Shown: positions 41,684-51,475, counted from the first letter of the stretch. The stretch is 64,000 bases of DNA from a virus (IMGVR_UViG_3300032213_001531:40994-104993), one strand, 5' to 3'. Numbers and translations: made by a program. The notes: generated by a model not told the origin, from the letters alone.

Positions 41684-42409
41684 CTATTCGTAGAATCTCT
41701 TAGTCCAGACTTCTTTTTGATAAACTCCGCCATCTGGGACACGATATTTTTTACTATTTTCTATATTATGATTCATCATTTCAGAAGCAGTTGGAACAGT
41801 TATTTCGGATTTCCAATCTTCCCTCAAAAATGGAAGCAACTGAGCATAAGGAGTTCCTGCTGGAAGAACTCCAGTCCAACCTTTTTGTACAAAAAATGGA
41901 AAAGATCCAGGCAAATTAACTTTGTCATTATCAATAATTCCAGAAACTGTCATAATTGGAAGATCGTATCTATTAAATGGGGCAACATATAAAACGCTAT
42001 AGCCATCTGGAACCTTTACTGCCCAATCTGGCATCCAAGCAAAATGATAATTATAGTATCCTTCTGGATGACGAAATTGTGGCATAGGAGTTCTTCTTGT
42101 AGCAAAATCTTTATACATTGGATCTTCAATTTTAACATCAATTTGCCCTGCGCCGTCAAGGAAAAATTCTATGTCACAGGGGGTTACAAGGCTATACCCC
42201 GTTGTCAAAATATCAAGAATTGCAGGACAGGCTTTCCATGTAGGGATCTTTCCCTTGTCTGGCCCTATCCAATATTCTCCATCTGGTTTTTTAGCAAATC
42301 TATCAGCTTCTTTATACCACTGTGGCATTGATCTTGAAATTGGTATTGGCTTTGATTTACTATCTTTACTTAGCCAAGGCCTATTAGTTATAAACTCAAT
42401 AATTTTCAT
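41684..42409 (-). CDS. conserved phage protein, DUF6065-related/dUTPase-like beta fold (putative)
   Basis: PQWYK, CPAILD..GY, SGIIDND, GTPYAQLLP. Confidence 0.55.
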   Translation of the reverse strand: MKIIEFITNRPWLSKDSKSKPIPISRSMPQWYKEADRFAKKPDGEYWIGPDKGKIPTWKACPAILDILTTGYSLVTPCDIEFFLDGAGQIDVKIEDPMYKDFATRRTPMPQFRHPEGYYNYHFAWMPDWAVKVPDGYSVLYVAPFNRYDLPIMTVSGIIDNDKVNLPGSFPFFVQKGWTGVLPAGTPYAQLLPFLREDWKSEITVPTASEMMNHNIENSKKYRVPDGGVYQKEVWTKRFYE

Positions 42410-43122
42410 TGTTCACTCTTTGTATTATCAATAACACTTAGCTTTAAATTTTTAACTTCATGAGATCCGACAGATTCGCCTTTTTCATTTACTGCATTTC
42501 TATACCAGTCTGTCCATTCACCTAATTTATTTATTTCTTGAGCAGCAGCTCCATAAGCGTTTACAGAATCACTATATTCTTGAGTATGAATAAAGTCAAC
42601 TATTTCAATTGACTCATCTTTTAAAGAAGTTAAAGATATAGGAATTATTGTTGCTACTGGAGTTCCTGCCTTAATGACAACTTCTTGATTAGGTATTCTG
42701 CATTTAATTGCTAATGGAAAATCAGTATTTAAAAATGAAGTTGAGATTAAAGAAGACATTACCTCAAAGTTTTCATTAAAATAATTTTGAGGAGTAATTG
42801 TCAATACGCTTATATCTTGAGCAGTTCTCAAAATAAAACCAGTATTAAAACTAATTGTAGATTGACCTCTACCAGTATAGACATATTCTTTACCTTCTAA
42901 AATTGTTACATTATCACCACTTGTATCATTTACACCATTCCAAATAAATTTTAAATCTATTGGCAAAGAAATGCTCCAGCCTATAACATTAGCAGAAGTT
43001 ACTGGATGACACCTATAGGCATGACCTTGAGGAGTTTCATCCATCCAATCTCTTTTAATTGACATTGGCTCTATATTTAATGCCATTGGTGTTTTTTTAT
43101 AAGCAGTGATAATTGACATCAT
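42406..43122 (-). CDS. DUF6065-like protein
   Basis: RDWMD...AYRCHPVTSANVIGW...GTPVATIIP; family name from recall. Confidence 0.6.
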   Translation of the reverse strand: MMSIITAYKKTPMALNIEPMSIKRDWMDETPQGHAYRCHPVTSANVIGWSISLPIDLKFIWNGVNDTSGDNVTILEGKEYVYTGRGQSTISFNTGFILRTAQDISVLTITPQNYFNENFEVMSSLISTSFLNTDFPLAIKCRIPNQEVVIKAGTPVATIIPISLTSLKDESIEIVDFIHTQEYSDSVNAYGAAAQEINKLGEWTDWYRNAVNEKGESVGSHEVKNLKLSVIDNTKSEQ

Positions 43123-43790
43123 GACCCAGTCTCTTGATACATCTCTGGAGTATGATACTTATCGCTATAGTCAAGCATTGTTACCAAAGAATACTTTGTT
43201 CCAGAGTGAACAACTTTAGCTTGATGTGGATACATAAAATTAGATGGGAACAATACAACATCTCCAGCTTTTGGAACATATGTAATTCCCTGAAGTCTAA
43301 AGAATAACTCTCCACCTTCAAAATTATCATTAATATAAGCAACTAAAGATAGTGTACAGTTATATGAAAATCCATGATCATGATGTTCCATAAAGTGTTG
43401 ACCAGGCTCATACTTAATATAATTAAAAGCTTCCCAGTATCTTAGGTTATTAATATTAAAGCGTCTGCAGTAATCTTCTACTGCTAACTTTTGTCTATCA
43501 TAACAGTCTTGCCAAATGCCCTGAAGTTTTAAGGAGTCTGGAGATACGTCTCTTTCAATGTCTGTTTTCTTAAATTTAAAATCAACGCAGTCTCTATACT
43601 CTGGCATTCTTTGTTGATAACCAACATAAGCTGGTTGCCAATTATAGTTTGGTCTGTCATTATTTAAAACCTCTTCCAACCTATCAATGATGTTTAATTC
43701 TGTTGGTAAAACGTCGTGGTAAACAAAAATTCCTGGAGCAATCTCTTCATAGCTACTCCAAGGTGCTGATGTTGTATTTTCTGTATTCAT
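43119..43790 (-). CDS. 2OG-Fe(II) oxygenase (P4H-like)
   Basis: HHDHG...YINDNFEGGE...PH...K. Confidence 0.9.
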   Translation of the reverse strand: MNTENTTSAPWSSYEEIAPGIFVYHDVLPTELNIIDRLEEVLNNDRPNYNWQPAYVGYQQRMPEYRDCVDFKFKKTDIERDVSPDSLKLQGIWQDCYDRQKLAVEDYCRRFNINNLRYWEAFNYIKYEPGQHFMEHHDHGFSYNCTLSLVAYINDNFEGGELFFRLQGITYVPKAGDVVLFPSNFMYPHQAKVVHSGTKYSLVTMLDYSDKYHTPEMYQETGS

Positions 43791-43803
43791 ATTTTCTCCT
43801 ATT

Positions 43804-44523
43804 TTAATTTCCTGTGTGACCTAAAAGATTAATGTCTGTCATAATGACAACACAGTATTTTGTTCCTGTTTTCATTGGCAAAGAAGCATGCTCATATATA
43901 TAGTTTGAAGGAAATATTGCTATATCTCCAACCTTTGGGGTATGAACAAAATTATCTAATCTTGGAAATTTAATTTCTCCACCTTCGTAATCATCATTAA
44001 TATAGATTACCGCAGAAACAGTACAATTATAAGCTGGACCATGATCGGCATGTATATTAAAATGAGTTCCTTCACCTTCATACTTTACAAAGTTAAATGC
44101 TTCATAATATGTAACATTTATCCCCCAGTAGTGTGCATAATCATCTATACACAATTTTAGTTTTTGATATATCTCTTCATGCAAATCAATCAAATCAGCA
44201 TTATGTTCATCTCTTGGACCAAGATTTTCTTGCTTATATTTAAAGTCTACAGCATCTCTTGCTTTTTTGATTGGAACAGTAGAGTTTGTTACCTGTGCTT
44301 CAGACCACTTATATTTATTATCCCCTGAAAGATTGTGCTCAAGAGTATTGATATATCTATCTGAATCATCTTTTGAAAAAACATTATGATAAATATTTAA
44401 ACCTAATCCTGGATTGCTAATCGAGATATTACTTTGAGGCATTAATCTTGAAATTCTTGTTGAGGCTGTTTCTGATCTATCTTTAGTAAACCAGTGATTA
44501 TCGTTTTCATCATATACTTGCAT
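43804..44523 (-). CDS. 2OG-Fe(II) oxygenase (P4H-like)
   Basis: Start MQVYDEN after AGGA; HADHG...YINDDYEGGE...EH...K; close paralog of 43119..43790. Confidence 0.9.
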   Translation of the reverse strand: MQVYDENDNHWFTKDRSETASTRISRLMPQSNISISNPGLGLNIYHNVFSKDDSDRYINTLEHNLSGDNKYKWSEAQVTNSTVPIKKARDAVDFKYKQENLGPRDEHNADLIDLHEEIYQKLKLCIDDYAHYWGINVTYYEAFNFVKYEGEGTHFNIHADHGPAYNCTVSAVIYINDDYEGGEIKFPRLDNFVHTPKVGDIAIFPSNYIYEHASLPMKTGTKYCVVIMTDINLLGHTGN

Positions 44524-44596
44524 GTGATTCCTATCTTTTAATGGTATGGTTTTATTATAGCATAAAAGTACTATTTGAAGCAAGATATAGCGAGTG

Positions 44597-44863
44597 TTAC
44601 CACTTATTGATAGGGCAAGTAGCGTGAGCCATTGTTGTTTTTATTTTCATAAAGCAGCCACATTTTTTACATTGAGATGTTAGTTTAATTAGTTCTGGAC
44701 AAGATTTGCATATATCAAATCTTTCTTTTGCAACTGATTCTTCAACATATTCAGTTTTTGGGTTTAATAAATCCCAAGGCTTTGCTGCTCTGTGTTTTTC
44801 TATATTTTCAACCATTTCTTTGTTGGCTTCTTTATAGACTTCCCAAGGTGTTTTTTCTGACAT
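44597..44863 (-). CDS. small Cys-rich metal-binding protein (DUF6171-like)
   Basis: RFDICKSCP...CKKCGCFM...ATCPINKW. Confidence 0.75.
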   Translation of the reverse strand: MSEKTPWEVYKEANKEMVENIEKHRAAKPWDLLNPKTEYVEESVAKERFDICKSCPELIKLTSQCKKCGCFMKIKTTMAHATCPINKW

Positions 44864-44882
44864 AACTACTTCCTGTTATATA

Positions 44883-45227
44883 TTAGTTATTATTAAATCC
44901 GTTAACAGCATCATATTTCCAACCAACTTGAACAACTTCTGGTTCTGAAATTACTGCTATTACGGGATTACTCATAAGCATTGTATAAAGGCCCTCGTCA
45001 GAGGCTACTGGCATATATGTATTTTCATCAACTGAAATTGTAAAATAATACATATGTGGATATTGATTATTTGTCAAAGCTCTTTTTTCTTCTGTTTGAT
45101 CTATAATGGTGTGTTCTTGTAAAAGAACATTAGCCATTGCTTCTGGCACAGTCATAATTTTTTCAACTACACCGTCTAAAATAAAACCTACAGCGGTTGG
45201 ACCAACCACAGTTTTTCCAGTAATCAT
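44883..45227 (-). CDS. hypothetical protein, possible fibre/adhesin assembly factor
   Basis: C-terminal VGWKYD..GF motif; directly after adhesin-like gene. Confidence 0.55.
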   Translation of the reverse strand: MITGKTVVGPTAVGFILDGVVEKIMTVPEAMANVLLQEHTIIDQTEEKRALTNNQYPHMYYFTISVDENTYMPVASDEGLYTMLMSNPVIAVISEPEVVQVGWKYDAVNGFNNN

Positions 45228-45284
45228 TATTGCTCCCTTTTGTATACTATAAGTATACCATTTAGATTTTTGTTTGTCAAGATG

Positions 45285-46283
45285 TTAGCAACCGCCACCA
45301 TCAAAGCATCCTGGGCTTGAGCAAGCTCCACCGCAACAGAACACTGTACAGAAGTTTGGTGAGCAACAGCTAGGAGAACATGATCCTCCGAAGCCATTAC
45401 ATGCTTGTGCAAAGTAAGGTGGGAAGAATGGGAATGAAGGTGGGAAGAATGGAGGGAAGAATGGTGGGAAGAACGGGAAGAACGGGAAGTAAGGGAAATA
45501 TGGTGGGAAGAACGGTGGGAAGAACGGTGGGAAGAAAGGTGGGAAGAACGGGAAGAATGGAGGGAAGAACGGTGGGAAGAATGGAGGGAAGAAAGGTGGG
45601 AAGAACGGGAAGAACGGGAAGAATGGTGGGAAAAATGGCGGGAAGAACGGGAAGAATGGTGGAAAGAATGGGGGAAAGAATGGAGACAAAGTAGTAATAG
45701 ATCCAGATGCAGGAGAAGCAGCGCTTGTACCATTAGCATTAGTTGCTGTAACTGTATAGGTTTGTGAAGTTCCAGCAGTATCTGCAATAACAATTGGAGA
45801 AGTAGCACCTGTTCCAGAAGTACCGTCAGATCCTGTTACAGTATAACCACTGATTGTCTTTCCACCAGTTGATGGGGCTGAAAAAGCAATTGAGTTTTGA
45901 TTTACGCCAGCTGTTGGAGTTGGAGCAGACATGGTTGCAGGAACTGTTGTTGCGGTAATAGAATCTGAAGCAGTTGAGGCTGCTGAAGTTCCAGCAGCAT
46001 TGCTTGCTGTTACAGTAAATGTATATGCAGTAGCAGACTGAAGTCCAGCTACAGTAATTGGAGAAGATGAACCAGTTCCAGTAAATCCTCCAGGACTAGA
46101 TGTTACAGTATAAGAAGTTGCTGCTGGAGATAGCGCAGGTAAAGAAAAAGATACTGTTGCAGCACCATTATTAAAGGCTCTTCCAGTTCCAACATCTGTT
46201 GCTGTTGCTCCTGTTGGTGCCAATGGCTCTAAAAAGTCATTTGATGCTTGTGACTTCTTACCTATTCTCTTACCTGATGCCAT
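45285..46283 (-). CDS. adhesin-like protein: two FN3 domains, (Pro/Phe) tract, 10-Cys C-terminal domain
   Basis: GLQSATAYTFTVTASNAAG and YTVTATNANG FN3 motifs; about 91-aa tract almost entirely P/F; CNGFGGSC...CFDGGGC end; GGAG RBS. Confidence 0.85.
   Translation of the reverse strand: MASGKRIGKKSQASNDFLEPLAPTGATATDVGTGRAFNNGAATVSFSLPALSPAATSYTVTSSPGGFTGTGSSSPITVAGLQSATAYTFTVTASNAAGTSAASTASDSITATTVPATMSAPTPTAGVNQNSIAFSAPSTGGKTISGYTVTGSDGTSGTGATSPIVIADTAGTSQTYTVTATNANGTSAASPASGSITTLSPFFPPFFPPFFPFFPPFFPPFFPFFPFFPPFFPPFFPPFFPPFFPFFPPFFPPFFPPFFPPYFPYFPFFPFFPPFFPPFFPPSFPFFPPYFAQACNGFGGSCSPSCCSPNFCTVFCCGGACSSPGCFDGGGC
45411..45683. repeat. degenerate 9/12-bp coding tandem repeat (PFF/PPFF)
   Basis: GGGAAGAA(C/T)GG(T/A) units. 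Confidence 0.95.
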
Positions 46284-46316
46284 TGTTAATCTCCTAATTT
46301 CTTATTGAATTTTGTA

Positions 46317-48701
46317 TTACGCTGTCAAGTCGCCAAAGACAACCCATGTATTTGCTGCTCTCTTAAAGAGAGTTGCAGATGACCATTGAGTTCTTAGCTT
46401 TAATCCTGGGGTTGAGTTAACTGTTACTCCAGTGTCTCCAGCAATTGTTACTTGTCCTGCTCCAGTTTGAAGAATATCAATAGATGTTCCTACTGGATAT
46501 GCTACTGCTGTATTTGTAGGGATTGTAATTGTTGTAGCTGTTGCTTTTGAAACTTCAATTAGTGAATCTCTTTCAGTTAATGCTGATAGTGTATAAGAAT
46601 CTGTTTTTTGAACAATTGGTGTCCGTGAAGGAACGCCTTCCTTTGTTTGTGTACCGTCTGTAAATGCTACACCTGAAGCAGAGGCTGTAATTAATCCTGA
46701 TGCTGTAAGTGCTGCTACGTTACTTGTACCAGTGAATGTTGGTGATGCAAGTGGAGCAAATCCTGAAATGCTTGCACCTGCAGGAATTGTTACTGTTCCA
46801 GTAAATGTAGGTGAAGCAATTGGGGCTTTTAGTCCAATTGAGGTTGTTAGTGTTGTAGATAAGTTTGCATCATTTCCAAGAGCGGTTGCAATTTCTCCAA
46901 GAGTGTCTAAAGTTGAAGTTGCGCTATTGACAAGTGCTGATATTTCTCCACGAACATAGGCAGTTGTTGCAACTTGTGTAGTGTTAGTTGTTGCTGCAGC
47001 CGTTGGTGCAGTAGGAGTGCCTGTAAGTGCTGGTGAAGCAAGAGGAGCAAATCCTGAAATTGATGCTCCTGCTGGAATTGTTACTGTTCCTGTGAATGTT
47101 GGAGATGCAAGTGGTGCTTTTGCAGTAAGGGCTGTATCAAGACCTGAAATTTTTGATGTTGCAATTGCTGCTGAAGAAGAAATATCTCCATCAACAATTG
47201 TTCCATCAAGAATCATTGTGCTTGTTACAGTGCCAGAAGGCAATGTTACAGTGCCTGTAAAGGTAGGTGAAGCTAATGGTGCTTTAGCATCTAATTGAGT
47301 CTGAATAGATGATGTAACTCCATCTAGATATCCAATTTCAACATCTGAAACATTGGCAACAGTTGCTTGCTTACCATTTAATTGTGTTTGGATAGATGAA
47401 GTAACTCCATCAACGTATCCTAATTCTGTTGAAGAAACAGTTGATGAAACTGCAAGCTTTGTCCAGTCAATTGCTGCTGCTGAATTTATATCGCTATTAA
47501 CAATTGTTCCAGCAACAATTTTTGCTGATGTAACTGAATCATCTCCAAGTTTAGCAGTAGTTACTGCACCGTCTGCAATCTTTCCAGTTGTTACTGATAA
47601 TCCACCAATTTCATTAGTTCCAACTGAATCATCTGACATCATTGATTGAGTAATTGTGTTTGCAGGTAGTGTTACTGTGCCTGTAAATGTTGGTGAGGCT
47701 AAAGGAGCTTTTGCATCAATTTGAGTTTGAATAGCTGAGGTAACTCCATCAAGGTATCCTAATTCAGTTGCTGAAAGGCCTACAATAACATCTTGCTTAT
47801 TATTTAGCTGTGTTTGAATAGCTGAGGTAACTCCATCAACATAGTTTAGTTCAACTGTAGATAAGGTTGCTCCATCAAGGATATTTAGCTCTGTAGCTGT
47901 TGCTGTAAGTGCTACTGCTTCATTAACAAGTGGGGAATTTACAGTTGCGGAAGTTAAAGTTTTATTAGTTAATGTTTCTGTTCCTGCAATTGTTGCTAAA
48001 TCAGCATCAGAAACTGCGGTATTAAACTGTGCAATTGTTCCACTTACTGTATTTGCATTTAAGTTAATAGTTTTATTTGATAATGTCTGGGTGCCGTCAG
48101 CAAGTACTACGGTACCTGTAGCATCTGGAAGTGTAATAGTTCTGTCTGCTGTTGGGTCTACAACAGTAAGGCTTGTTTCAAATGCGTTTGCTGTTAAACC
48201 TTCAAATTTAATTTCATTTTGAACATTAAGGATTGTACTATCAATAATAGTTGTTGTTCCTGATACTGTTAAGTCTCCTGATACTGTTACATTTCCGCTA
48301 CCGTCAGCAAGAAGAACTGTTCCTGTAGCATTAGGAATAGTAATAGTGCGATCAGCTGTTGGGTCTGTTACCTGTAAAGTTGTTTCAAATTCATTTGCTG
48401 TAGCGCCTTCAAAAACAACGCCAGTCTTTGTTAATACATTAAATGTAGCATCGAGTTCTGCAACTCCAGATGCTGCGCCTTTCTCTGTAAGAAGAATATA
48501 GTCGTCAAGAGATCCACCAAGGTCTTCAAGGTTTTTAAAATATGAAAGGTCGATCCAGTGACTAATTCCGTCACCAATTTTGAATTGACCAGTATCGCTT
48601 TCAAAACCAATTTCGCCAGCAGCGAGGATTGGACCATCTCCATTATTTAAAGAAATCCATTGCGCTGCAGTTCCTCTGCGCTGTTGCATTCTTGTTGCCA
48701 T
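46317..48701 (-). CDS. tail fibre protein (Mtd-N-like N-terminus)
   Basis: RRGTAAQW...GEIGFESDTGQFKIGDG; internal repeats APLASPTFTGTVT and GYxDGVTSxIQTQL; C-terminal WVVFGDLTA domain. Confidence 0.85.
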   Translation of the reverse strand: MATRMQQRRGTAAQWISLNNGDGPILAAGEIGFESDTGQFKIGDGISHWIDLSYFKNLEDLGGSLDDYILLTEKGAASGVAELDATFNVLTKTGVVFEGATANEFETTLQVTDPTADRTITIPNATGTVLLADGSGNVTVSGDLTVSGTTTIIDSTILNVQNEIKFEGLTANAFETSLTVVDPTADRTITLPDATGTVVLADGTQTLSNKTINLNANTVSGTIAQFNTAVSDADLATIAGTETLTNKTLTSATVNSPLVNEAVALTATATELNILDGATLSTVELNYVDGVTSAIQTQLNNKQDVIVGLSATELGYLDGVTSAIQTQIDAKAPLASPTFTGTVTLPANTITQSMMSDDSVGTNEIGGLSVTTGKIADGAVTTAKLGDDSVTSAKIVAGTIVNSDINSAAAIDWTKLAVSSTVSSTELGYVDGVTSSIQTQLNGKQATVANVSDVEIGYLDGVTSSIQTQLDAKAPLASPTFTGTVTLPSGTVTSTMILDGTIVDGDISSSAAIATSKISGLDTALTAKAPLASPTFTGTVTIPAGASISGFAPLASPALTGTPTAPTAAATTNTTQVATTAYVRGEISALVNSATSTLDTLGEIATALGNDANLSTTLTTSIGLKAPIASPTFTGTVTIPAGASISGFAPLASPTFTGTSNVAALTASGLITASASGVAFTDGTQTKEGVPSRTPIVQKTDSYTLSALTERDSLIEVSKATATTITIPTNTAVAYPVGTSIDILQTGAGQVTIAGDTGVTVNSTPGLKLRTQWSSATLFKRAANTWVVFGDLTA

Positions 48702-48754
48702 ATTCCACTCTCCTTATGGGTGCTGCCCATTGTTATATCTTATTATAACATCTT

Positions 48755-49213
48755 TTAATTAAAGTTATCCATTGATATTCCGCCATCCCATACTTCACTA
48801 AATAGTACTGTGTTGTATGTTGCTGTTTCTATCAAAGATCCTTCAGTATTATAACTTCCTGCTTCAACAAATATACTTGAAAGCAAACCATTTCCACCAA
48901 TTGAGGTATCATGAATATGCTCTTGTAGGAATTCTGCATCTGCAACATTTGCAAACGCTCTCCAACTGCTATTATAAAAAATATGAAGTCTATTAAAGAC
49001 TGTATCATAATATAATTGTCCATCTACTGGATCTGCAGGTGCTTCTGCTGCTCTTGGTACATTTGGTGCTTTAGTATCTACGTACCCTTTTGTTGCTGCG
49101 TGAGTACTTTCGGTTGGGGTAGCAACTACTACTGTTCCACCAAAGGAACCTCCGTTAGTTACGGATAACCCGTGTTTAACTTTAAAATCTTTAGTAGTAG
49201 TTGCCATTCCCAT
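48755..49213 (-). CDS. tail fibre-associated protein
   Basis: HAATKGYVD and DGQLYYDT fibre motifs; N-terminus similar to 49242..50978. Confidence 0.7.
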   Translation of the reverse strand: MGMATTTKDFKVKHGLSVTNGGSFGGTVVVATPTESTHAATKGYVDTKAPNVPRAAEAPADPVDGQLYYDTVFNRLHIFYNSSWRAFANVADAEFLQEHIHDTSIGGNGLLSSIFVEAGSYNTEGSLIETATYNTVLFSEVWDGGISMDNFN

Positions 49214-49241
49214 CCTCTTTTCTTTTTACTGTATTTTTAAA

Positions 49242-50978
49242 TTATGCTTCAACGTAAGTCTTGTGTAACTTAACTGAAGTGTCTGCTGCTGCAGCAGCTA
49301 CTGTAAGAACAACATTTCCAGCACTGTATGCTGCAGTAATTGTTCCAAGAGTAGCATTGCTAATTACGTTAGCATACTCTGTAATGTATACATTGTTTGC
49401 TCCGTCTACTGTTACAAGAATTTCACTTGTTTCAATATCCCCAGATTTTTTCATCTGAACTAAGTATTTAGCGCTTGAATAAGTTGTTGCTGACCATGTG
49501 TCAACTGTAGTTGCTGAAGTTCCAGCAGTTCCTGTTGCAGAACCAGCAAATGAGTCTGGGTATTCAACAGATGTAGCCTTTGCTGCTCCAAGTGTTGGAG
49601 TAACAAATGTTGGGCTATTTGTAAATGCTACAGTTGAAGATCCTGATTCATCAGTTAATGCTGATGCAAGGTTTGCAGAAGATGGTGTGGCAAGGAATGT
49701 GGCTACGCCAGTTCCAAGACCAGAAACATCATTTGCAATTCTTACTGTAAGTGTGTTGCTTGCGCCATCAATTGTCTTGTTTGTAAGAGTTTGTGTTGCA
49801 GCTGTTTCTAGTGTACCGTTTAGGTAAAATGCCTTACCAGAAGCAAGGTTAATGTGCTCAGATGAGGTCCATGCATCAGTTGCATCTACCCAGTTGAAAG
49901 TTTTATCTGTAGCACCCTTAAGAGTAATACCACCACCGTCAGCGCCTGCATCTGTTGGAGATGCTACTGAACCAAGTGTAAGGTTCTTATCATCAACTGT
50001 GATTTCTGTTGAGTTAATTGTAGTTGTTGTACCATTAACTGTTAGGTCCCCTGAAAGAACCAAAGATGTACCAGTTGCAGCACCAATATTTGGTGTTACA
50101 AGTGTTGGAGTATTAGCAAAAACAAGTGCTCCAGTACCAGTTTCATCAGAGATGATTCCAGCAAGTTCTGAAGAAGATGTTGATGCAAGTACGTTTAACT
50201 TATCTGTTGTTACAACAAGTGTCTTTGATGACGGGATAGTTGTACCGTTAACAGATGTAGCAGTAGCAACGCCAAGTGCTGGTGTTGTAAGTGTTGGGCT
50301 TGTAAGAGTCTTATTTGTAAGAGTCTGAGTATTTGTTGTTCCAACTACTGCACCAGTTGCGCCGTGTGCTTCTGTAAGGTTTGCGTGTGTTGATACATAT
50401 CCTGAAGCAGTTGATTCTGCTGCAGTCTGTGCTGATCCTGCTGCACCATAAGCATCATATGTATTTGGTGTTACTTTAATTTCACCTGTTGAATCTGTGT
50501 ATGTAAGTCCAGTTCCAACTGCGTTACCTACTGCATCTTGTGCTCGTTCATCTGTGAAGTAAAGGTTTGTTCCTTCTGATAATGAAGTTGTTGATGAAGG
50601 AATATCTGAAGTAAGTGCTACTGTACCAGTTGCATTTGGGAATGTGATTGTGCGATCTGCTGTTGGATCTACAATTGTAAGTGTAGTTTCAAAAGCATCG
50701 GCTGTTGCGCCCTCAAATGTAATTTCTGTTTGGAAGACACCAACAGCTGCTGGATCTGCCCATTGAACTCCGTATGTAGCACCTGATGCTGCTGTAAGGA
50801 CTTGACCATTTGAGCCAACGCCTAAACGAGCTACTGCATCATCTGCACTACCTACAATTAAATCACCCTTAGCATCAACGACGCCTGCTGTGATAATATT
50901 CTTGCCGTTAACGGTTGCAGATGAACCCTCAACGACGAGGCCATTCTTAATTCTAAAATCTTTATTTACTGTTGCCAT
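49242..50978 (-). CDS. tail fibre protein
   Basis: AKGDLIV, PTADRTITFP, TQTLTNKT repeats; Thr/Ala/Gly-rich. Confidence 0.8.
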   Translation of the reverse strand: MATVNKDFRIKNGLVVEGSSATVNGKNIITAGVVDAKGDLIVGSADDAVARLGVGSNGQVLTAASGATYGVQWADPAAVGVFQTEITFEGATADAFETTLTIVDPTADRTITFPNATGTVALTSDIPSSTTSLSEGTNLYFTDERAQDAVGNAVGTGLTYTDSTGEIKVTPNTYDAYGAAGSAQTAAESTASGYVSTHANLTEAHGATGAVVGTTNTQTLTNKTLTSPTLTTPALGVATATSVNGTTIPSSKTLVVTTDKLNVLASTSSSELAGIISDETGTGALVFANTPTLVTPNIGAATGTSLVLSGDLTVNGTTTTINSTEITVDDKNLTLGSVASPTDAGADGGGITLKGATDKTFNWVDATDAWTSSEHINLASGKAFYLNGTLETAATQTLTNKTIDGASNTLTVRIANDVSGLGTGVATFLATPSSANLASALTDESGSSTVAFTNSPTFVTPTLGAAKATSVEYPDSFAGSATGTAGTSATTVDTWSATTYSSAKYLVQMKKSGDIETSEILVTVDGANNVYITEYANVISNATLGTITAAYSAGNVVLTVAAAAADTSVKLHKTYVEA

Positions 50979-50994
50979 TTTTATATCTCCTTAG

Positions 50995-51441
50995 TTATGC
51001 CTTAAGTCCTGTGCGAGAATATCGTACAGTGACTGGCTTGATCGCTGGGTCTGGAGTGACTGATATAGCCACGGTATTTCCAGTGCGAGAAACATTAATG
51101 GTGCCAATATTCCCATCATTGTCGATTGTGCCATACTCATTAACAGATACATTTGATCCGTCAATAAGAATATCTAGTTTAGTTGCATAGAATTTATTAT
51201 CTCCTGCAGAAGTTTTTGAAATTGAAATAGAGTACGAGACTGATCTCCATGCTGTTGCATCAAAGCTGTCTATAGTTGTAGCATTCTCAATGCCATTAAT
51301 TGTGCTCTCATTATTACCCGCAGTGCCCAGATCTGTTGCCTGTGCTGAAGAGGTATCAATTAAATCTTCATAATTTTCTTGAGTAGGTCTATCTCCTGTT
51401 TGAAACAGGGCCTTTACGCTTGCAATTGATATTTTAGCCAT
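50995..51441 (-). CDS. virion structural protein
   Basis: FQTGDRPTQENYEDLID N-terminus; C-domain resembles C-terminus of 49242..50978. Confidence 0.65.
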   Translation of the reverse strand: MAKISIASVKALFQTGDRPTQENYEDLIDTSSAQATDLGTAGNNESTINGIENATTIDSFDATAWRSVSYSISISKTSAGDNKFYATKLDILIDGSNVSVNEYGTIDNDGNIGTINVSRTGNTVAISVTPDPAIKPVTVRYSRTGLKA

Positions 51442-51475
51442 GCTGTAATTATAACACCTATTTATAGTTATTTAA

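Noticed and set aside
37947-44523. Oxygenases as TET/JBP or AlkB DNA-modifying enzymes
   Set aside because: The motifs (YxNDxxxGGE) are P4H-like and the context is fibre/adhesin genes, with no nucleotide-modification genes adjacent. Disfavoured, not excluded.
45411-45683. P/F repeats as a CRISPR array or DGR template/variable pair
   Set aside because: No unique spacers, no cas genes, no reverse transcriptase, and no adenine-specific mismatch pattern between the two Cys tips.
45227-45808. Alternative-frame ORFs over the P/F tracts (His/Ser-rich 45227..45808, Gly/Arg-rich 45380..45694, and 53297..53860 equivalents)
   Set aside because: Shadows of a stop-free repeat; third-position variation, RBS and flanking domains support the P/F frame.
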